Part shown: piece after piece, positions 59,620-64,000 of the stretch | Layout: every line of letters begins with the position of its first letter | Position numbering within the stretch: the stretch's first letter is position 1 | DNA from: Methanobacteriota archaeon | Lineage (GTDB): Archaea > Thermoplasmatota > Poseidoniia > Poseidoniales > Poseidoniaceae | Assembly (NCBI GenBank): GCA_002710015.1 | Contig: PAOW01000033.1 | Location: 8,059 to 72,058, forward strand | Length of the DNA stretch: 64,000 bases | Direction: 5' to 3' | Translations under genes and position numbers: made by a program | Notes under the pieces: generated by a model | Seen by the model: only the letters and a program-made list of their open reading frames with translations | Told to the model about the DNA's origin: nothing | The model's database searches: none

Positions 59620-60569
59620 AATGGGTCCTCACAAGCCCTTTTGACTAAAACCTTTATCATATTTCTTCGATATCTTGGAGGAAGAGCAGTGTTGTTTACC
59701 GGTTTAGTTGTCCTGAATATAGCATCGCAAATCGCCTTCACATCTCCATTTGATTCAGCGACTTCGTCATCGTGCCGTCTGGGGATACTCTCGAGTGCGG
59801 TGGTGGCGACTCTTAGTGTACTTCTATCACCCTTCAACCACGCCGCTGCTGCTCCTGCTTCAGGAAAATCCCACGAGTCTCTAATCCTTAGTTTACGATA
59901 GGCTCCTATCCAATTTTCTATATCTTCAGGCATAGTAACCCTCAGCATGAATTCCCCCGGCTCCAGAACGTTCCTAGTCATTCCATCTAACTTGTAAAAC
60001 TCACTAATAGGGATTTTTCTCTCACCATTAGGCCCTATCAAGTGGACATGAGCATCCAATACCATAAGCGTTGGAGCAACATCGCCTTGATAGGTTGCAA
60101 CACAAAGCTCATTTTGATTTGGTATAACTCTGCAATCAGCTCCAGTACCACAATCACACTTGTGACACCAATCTATGCTACTTCTCCATTCTTCGGTTTG
60201 GTTAAACCAAAAGCAGCGTGTGTCCAAACAAAGGTTTCCTCCAAGTGTGGCGTTTCTTCTAATCAGAGATGATGCCACTTTACTTGCTGCTTCAGCGACC
60301 AGAGGATGGGCTTCACCTGATTCAGCAATGTCGTGAAGTCGCGCCATACAGCCTATTTCTGTCATTGATATCGTTGATAGGCCGTCAATTCCTGCCAAAG
60401 AGATTACATGAGGTTTTGAATTGATGTGCCATTTATAGTTGGGAATCAAATCCGTTCCCCCTGCAATCCAATCAAATTCCTGCCCAGATGCGAGAAGTTT
60501 TGCGGCAATATCACAGGCATCAGAAATGGACTTTGGTCTGTGCAATTCAAATGGAGGCATTAGCATCAT
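59616..60569 (-). CDS. hcrB: Xanthine-oxidase-family FAD subunit with [4Fe-4S] insertion (4-hydroxybenzoyl-CoA reductase beta-like)
   Basis: AGGTDL.PN, RRNATLGGNLCLDTRC..FNQTE.WR....C.K.....C........C.A.Y.GD.AP, KLR.R.S.DFP. Confidence 0.75.
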   Translation of the reverse strand: MMLMPPFELHRPKSISDACDIAAKLLASGQEFDWIAGGTDLIPNYKWHINSKPHVISLAGIDGLSTISMTEIGCMARLHDIAESGEAHPLVAEAASKVASSLIRRNATLGGNLCLDTRCFWFNQTEEWRSSIDWCHKCDCGTGADCRVIPNQNELCVATYQGDVAPTLMVLDAHVHLIGPNGERKIPISEFYKLDGMTRNVLEPGEFMLRVTMPEDIENWIGAYRKLRIRDSWDFPEAGAAAAWLKGDRSTLRVATTALESIPRRHDDEVAESNGDVKAICDAIFRTTKPVNNTALPPRYRRNMIKVLVKRACEDPL

Positions 60570-63370
60570 TTACCACTCTCCATATGCCTCTGTTCTTTCT
60601 TCGTCCATGCGGTCCCTGCCAATCCAAGGTTTTCCAGCTGGCTAGCATCTGGCTTGACTGAAATCTTCCATGTCTCATCCTGTTCTTCGGGAGGCAATGT
60701 TGGATCTAGTCCAAACAACACACCATTTAGATATGGTCCTTTATCTTCCATTCTCTGCCTGCGAGAGTCTCTTAACTTGTGTTCATCTGATCTTTCTTCT
60801 AATTTCTCTTGTAGTTCAGAATAATCAAGGGTTGGAACCGGAAGTTCACGCGGATCGTCTATTTTCAGCTTTTTCATTTTCTTAGATATCGCAGCCCAAA
60901 CTTTGTCAGGAGTTAGTGGCAAGTCGTTTATTCTTACACCAATGGCATCATACACTGCATTGACTACCGCAGGAAGAATTGGTAACAGTGGCCCTTCACC
61001 TGCTTCTTTTGCTCCAAACGGACCCTCTGGGTCACAGGATTCAATAATAATCGGAGTTACATTTGGCATCTCATGAACGCTTGGAATCTTATACTCAAGG
61101 AAGTTAGGATTTTGCAAATGGCCAGTTCTTCCATAGACCATTTGTTCAGATAATACCTGACCTAGACCCATGTGGCATGAGCCTATGATTTGCCCCTCTA
61201 CCGCAAGAGGATTCAACGCTTTCCCACAGTCATGAGCAGCCCAAACATTAGTACACTTGATTAACCCTGTATCGACATCAACCTCAACCTCTGCAACATA
61301 GGCAGAGAATGAGTAAGCAGGAGCAAGCCCTGCTGCGGCTCCTTTGTGAATACCTCCCATAGGCGGAGTTCTGTAAGCACCACTTGCAATCAGCGCTCCA
61401 ATGTCTTCCTGAGATTTGTGTAGTGCATCCAGATATGATACGCCGATAGTTGGGTCCCTCTTATTGTAAATTCGTCTGTCGTTTAAGACTAACATTTTTG
61501 GCTCCAAATCTAGCATTTCACCAGCTGCATTGAGCAATTTTTCTCGAATCTCCAAAGCAGCACCAATCGCTGCGTTTGCGTTCATGAAAGTTACTCTAGA
61601 TGAGTATGAACCCAAATCCACGGGGCTGGTATCACTCTCATGAGATCTTACATGGACCATTTCAAGAGGGAGGGCTAGAACCTCAGCGACAACTTGAGCT
61701 ACTGCTGTGGAGGACCCCTGTCCAATATCAGCAGCCCCTGTGTGTACTGTCACCCCTCCATCCATATCTATTTGCAAGTGAACGGTAGCGTGAGGGAAAT
61801 TATGGGGGTCCCAATGAATCGGTAAACCTGAGCCTGAAATGAAAAAGCCACAACCTATTCCAATACCTTTGCCAAGTGGTAATTTTCGGAATTTTTCTGT
61901 CCAGTTGCTTCCTTCTCTTACTCTTTCTAGAGCCTGCCTCATTCCATTGGAAGTAATCCTAAATCCGGTTATGGTTTTGGAATGGGGTGGAAGCAAATTT
62001 GCCAATCGCAGGTCGATAGGGTCAACTTGGAGTTTCTCAGCAATATCATCTAACCCTACTTCTATTGCACACCTAGTATTCACAGCACCATGGCCTCTCA
62101 TAGCCCCACTTGCTGGCTTATTAGTCCAAACTCTTGCACCAGTGTAGTGAAATGATCCTAGTTCATAGGGCGCAGTCGCCAATACACCGTTGTAATATGA
62201 TGTGACGTGACCAAATGACGCAAAGCCACCTCCATCTATTAGTGCATCAATCTCAAATCCAGAAATTTTAGCGTCCTCGTTGGCATTTATTTTGACCTCG
62301 ATATGAGATGGGTGTCTTCCACGGTTGACCCAAAACACCTCCTCCCTGTCAAATGTTATTCTAACAGGCCTTCCAGCCTTTCGGGCTAATATAGCCGCAC
62401 ACATTTCATGAGGAAATGGATCTGATTTTCCTCCAAACCCTCCCCCGACGAATGTTCGTATGACATTTATCTGGTGCATAGGAACCTCAAGGACAGTAGC
62501 AAGTGCTCGGTGTGCGTAATGAGGCACCTGTTGTGGCGTGTATAATTGTAATCGGCCATTAGGATCCCAATGAGCAACCACTGCATGGGGTTCAGTAAAA
62601 CCGTGATTTACACCCATAAATTTCCATTTCCCATTGTGGAAAGCCTTGGTTGTGTTTTCTAGACTCTCCCTATCTCCAAACTCTTGAAAAACTCGTTTTT
62701 GAACATTGGTTGAGCCTATGTGATAAGGGCCACGCCAGTGGATTGGCTCGTCAACGTCCAGGAGACCCTTCTTTGGGTCATGTACAGCATCTAACACATC
62801 GTATTCTACTTCAATTAGAGTTACTGCTTGACGGGCTGTTTCTTCATCAACGGCTGCGACGCAGGCAACCAAATCACCAACATGTCTTACCTTTTCAACA
62901 GCCATTGCATGTTCATCTTTTGTAACAGGTAAAACTCCAAACTTACTAGGCGCGTCAACCCCGGTAGAAACTGCGATTACACCGGGTAGTTCTTCGGCCT
63001 TAGAGGTATCAACACTCTTCACTTTAGCATAATGATAAGGGGACCTCACAATTCTTCCAATCAACTCATTTGGCAGCCTTATATCATCGCCATACCAAGC
63101 TTGTCCAGTTACTTTTGCATTTGCATCTACAAGCGGTGTTCTTTTTCCAACAGTCGTTCCAGTTCTGTAACTATCTTGGAAATGACCACCAGCAGGCTGA
63201 GCTTCATTTCCGCCTTCTAATTCAGGGATGAATTCAAGGTCTCTTTCAGCCATTTTTGGTCTCGAACCTCCAGACCCGGGAGGGTTAAATCGCATCTTAC
63301 CAGCAACTCTTTTGCCATCTACGCGAACTTCTTTGCTCATGCCAGCCTGCTGAACGTAATCTTTACTCAT
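60566..63370 (-). CDS. hcrA: Xanthine-oxidase-family molybdopterin subunit (4-hydroxybenzoyl-CoA reductase alpha-like)
   Basis: KVTGQA.Y.DD, GGGFGGK, GAMRGHG, PHATV...D.DGG.T..TGAADIGQGS, GSYSSRVTFM, GPFGAKEAGEG. Confidence 0.75.
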   Translation of the reverse strand: MSKDYVQQAGMSKEVRVDGKRVAGKMRFNPPGSGGSRPKMAERDLEFIPELEGGNEAQPAGGHFQDSYRTGTTVGKRTPLVDANAKVTGQAWYGDDIRLPNELIGRIVRSPYHYAKVKSVDTSKAEELPGVIAVSTGVDAPSKFGVLPVTKDEHAMAVEKVRHVGDLVACVAAVDEETARQAVTLIEVEYDVLDAVHDPKKGLLDVDEPIHWRGPYHIGSTNVQKRVFQEFGDRESLENTTKAFHNGKWKFMGVNHGFTEPHAVVAHWDPNGRLQLYTPQQVPHYAHRALATVLEVPMHQINVIRTFVGGGFGGKSDPFPHEMCAAILARKAGRPVRITFDREEVFWVNRGRHPSHIEVKINANEDAKISGFEIDALIDGGGFASFGHVTSYYNGVLATAPYELGSFHYTGARVWTNKPASGAMRGHGAVNTRCAIEVGLDDIAEKLQVDPIDLRLANLLPPHSKTITGFRITSNGMRQALERVREGSNWTEKFRKLPLGKGIGIGCGFFISGSGLPIHWDPHNFPHATVHLQIDMDGGVTVHTGAADIGQGSSTAVAQVVAEVLALPLEMVHVRSHESDTSPVDLGSYSSRVTFMNANAAIGAALEIREKLLNAAGEMLDLEPKMLVLNDRRIYNKRDPTIGVSYLDALHKSQEDIGALIASGAYRTPPMGGIHKGAAAGLAPAYSFSAYVAEVEVDVDTGLIKCTNVWAAHDCGKALNPLAVEGQIIGSCHMGLGQVLSEQMVYGRTGHLQNPNFLEYKIPSVHEMPNVTPIIIESCDPEGPFGAKEAGEGPLLPILPAVVNAVYDAIGVRINDLPLTPDKVWAAISKKMKKLKIDDPRELPVPTLDYSELQEKLEERSDEHKLRDSRRQRMEDKGPYLNGVLFGLDPTLPPEEQDETWKISVKPDASQLENLGLAGTAWTKKEQRHMESGK

Positions 63371-63378
63371 GCTGACAC

Positions 63379-63954
63379 CTAGATTTCAGGGCCACTAGGA
63401 TGTGGATCGGAATGGGCTGCATTGTTTGAAGCGACCGCTTCTGCATCACCTCTGTGAATGGCTGCTGCAGCTTGTATTGATTGGATTATTTGCTGGTATC
63501 CAGTGCATCTGCAAAGGTTACCTTCAATTGCGCATGCAATTTCTTTTTCACTAGGGTCAGGGTTTTTGTCTAAAAGTGCCTGGGAAGCAACCAAAAAACC
63601 AGGTGTGCAGAAACCACATTGTGACCCTCCATAATCTGCAAAGCATTGTTGGATAGGCGCTAGATGGGATCCATCAGATAGCCCTTCAACAGTTGTAATT
63701 TTACAACCGCTCACGTCATGTGCCATAGTTAGACAAGAAAGGCGTGGCTCACCATCTATCATGACCGTACAACAGCCACATGTCCCCATGTCGCATCCGC
63801 GTTTAACACCCAAGCATCCTGCTTTGTCGCGGAGAACGTCAAGAAGTATCGAATTTGATTTTGCTATAACCTCTTTTTTCTGTCCGTTGACTTCCCCGAA
63901 CCATATTTCAGATGGTGCAGCAGGAATCATCGAGACAAAGTCTTCGCCGACCAT
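63379..63954 (-). CDS. hcrC: Xanthine-oxidase-family 2x[2Fe-2S] subunit (HcrC/CoxS-like)
   Basis: GCDMGTCGCCTV, LSCL, QCGFCTPG, GNLCRCTGY. Confidence 0.8.
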   Translation of the reverse strand: MVGEDFVSMIPAAPSEIWFGEVNGQKKEVIAKSNSILLDVLRDKAGCLGVKRGCDMGTCGCCTVMIDGEPRLSCLTMAHDVSGCKITTVEGLSDGSHLAPIQQCFADYGGSQCGFCTPGFLVASQALLDKNPDPSEKEIACAIEGNLCRCTGYQQIIQSIQAAAAIHRGDAEAVASNNAAHSDPHPSGPEI

Positions 63955-64000
63955 AAGTTACACCAACCTAATCTCCTTACAAAGACTCAACCTAATAGCG

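Noticed and set aside
60566-63370. Aerobic CO dehydrogenase CoxL
   Set aside because: Lacks the AYxCSFR or AYRGAGR active-site loop; it has AMRGHG instead.
1-64000. CRISPR array, transposase, prophage or rRNA
   Set aside because: No spaced 25-40 bp repeats and no recognisable mobile-element ORFs; intergenic gaps are too short for 16S/23S rRNA and no 5S-like sequence was recognised.

Overview
Gene-dense, moderately AT-rich archaeal chromosome segment. Gene content (A-type ATP synthase operon, Cdc6/Orc1, Dph2, aIF2-gamma, S6e, Rpo6, PurP, class II HMG-CoA reductase, heme A/O synthases, tryptophan dioxygenase, large Ig-like surface proteins) most resembles Marine Group II Euryarchaeota (Ca. Poseidoniales); this assignment is an inference. 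Mostly core genome: dph2-cdc6-rps6e-eif2g-PIN, smc-scpA-scpB, atpHIKECFABD, three KaiC-fold genes, tRNA-Ser(GCT), ctaA-ctaB, an ABC exporter, an archaeal-type shikimate cluster with aspartate kinase, and a MoxR/DUF58 operon. No CRISPR array, integrase or transposase was seen. Most notable: (1) an array of phased, inverted GCGTTAA/TTAACGC repeats around a T-tract (8153-8257) directly upstream of an uncharacterised AAA+/winged-helix gene, between cdc6 and smc-scpAB, a candidate non-canonical origin, partition site or operator; (2) an hcrCAB-like molybdoenzyme (4-hydroxybenzoyl-CoA reductase type) in an apparently aerobic archaeon; (3) several pseudo-enzymes (GcvH-like protein without the lipoyl-Lys, site-2 protease without HExxH, two degenerate KaiC folds) and an aIF2-gamma lacking its zinc ribbon; (4) a candidate atypical C/D-box small RNA between dph2 and cdc6. 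All family assignments are by motif recognition, not database search.
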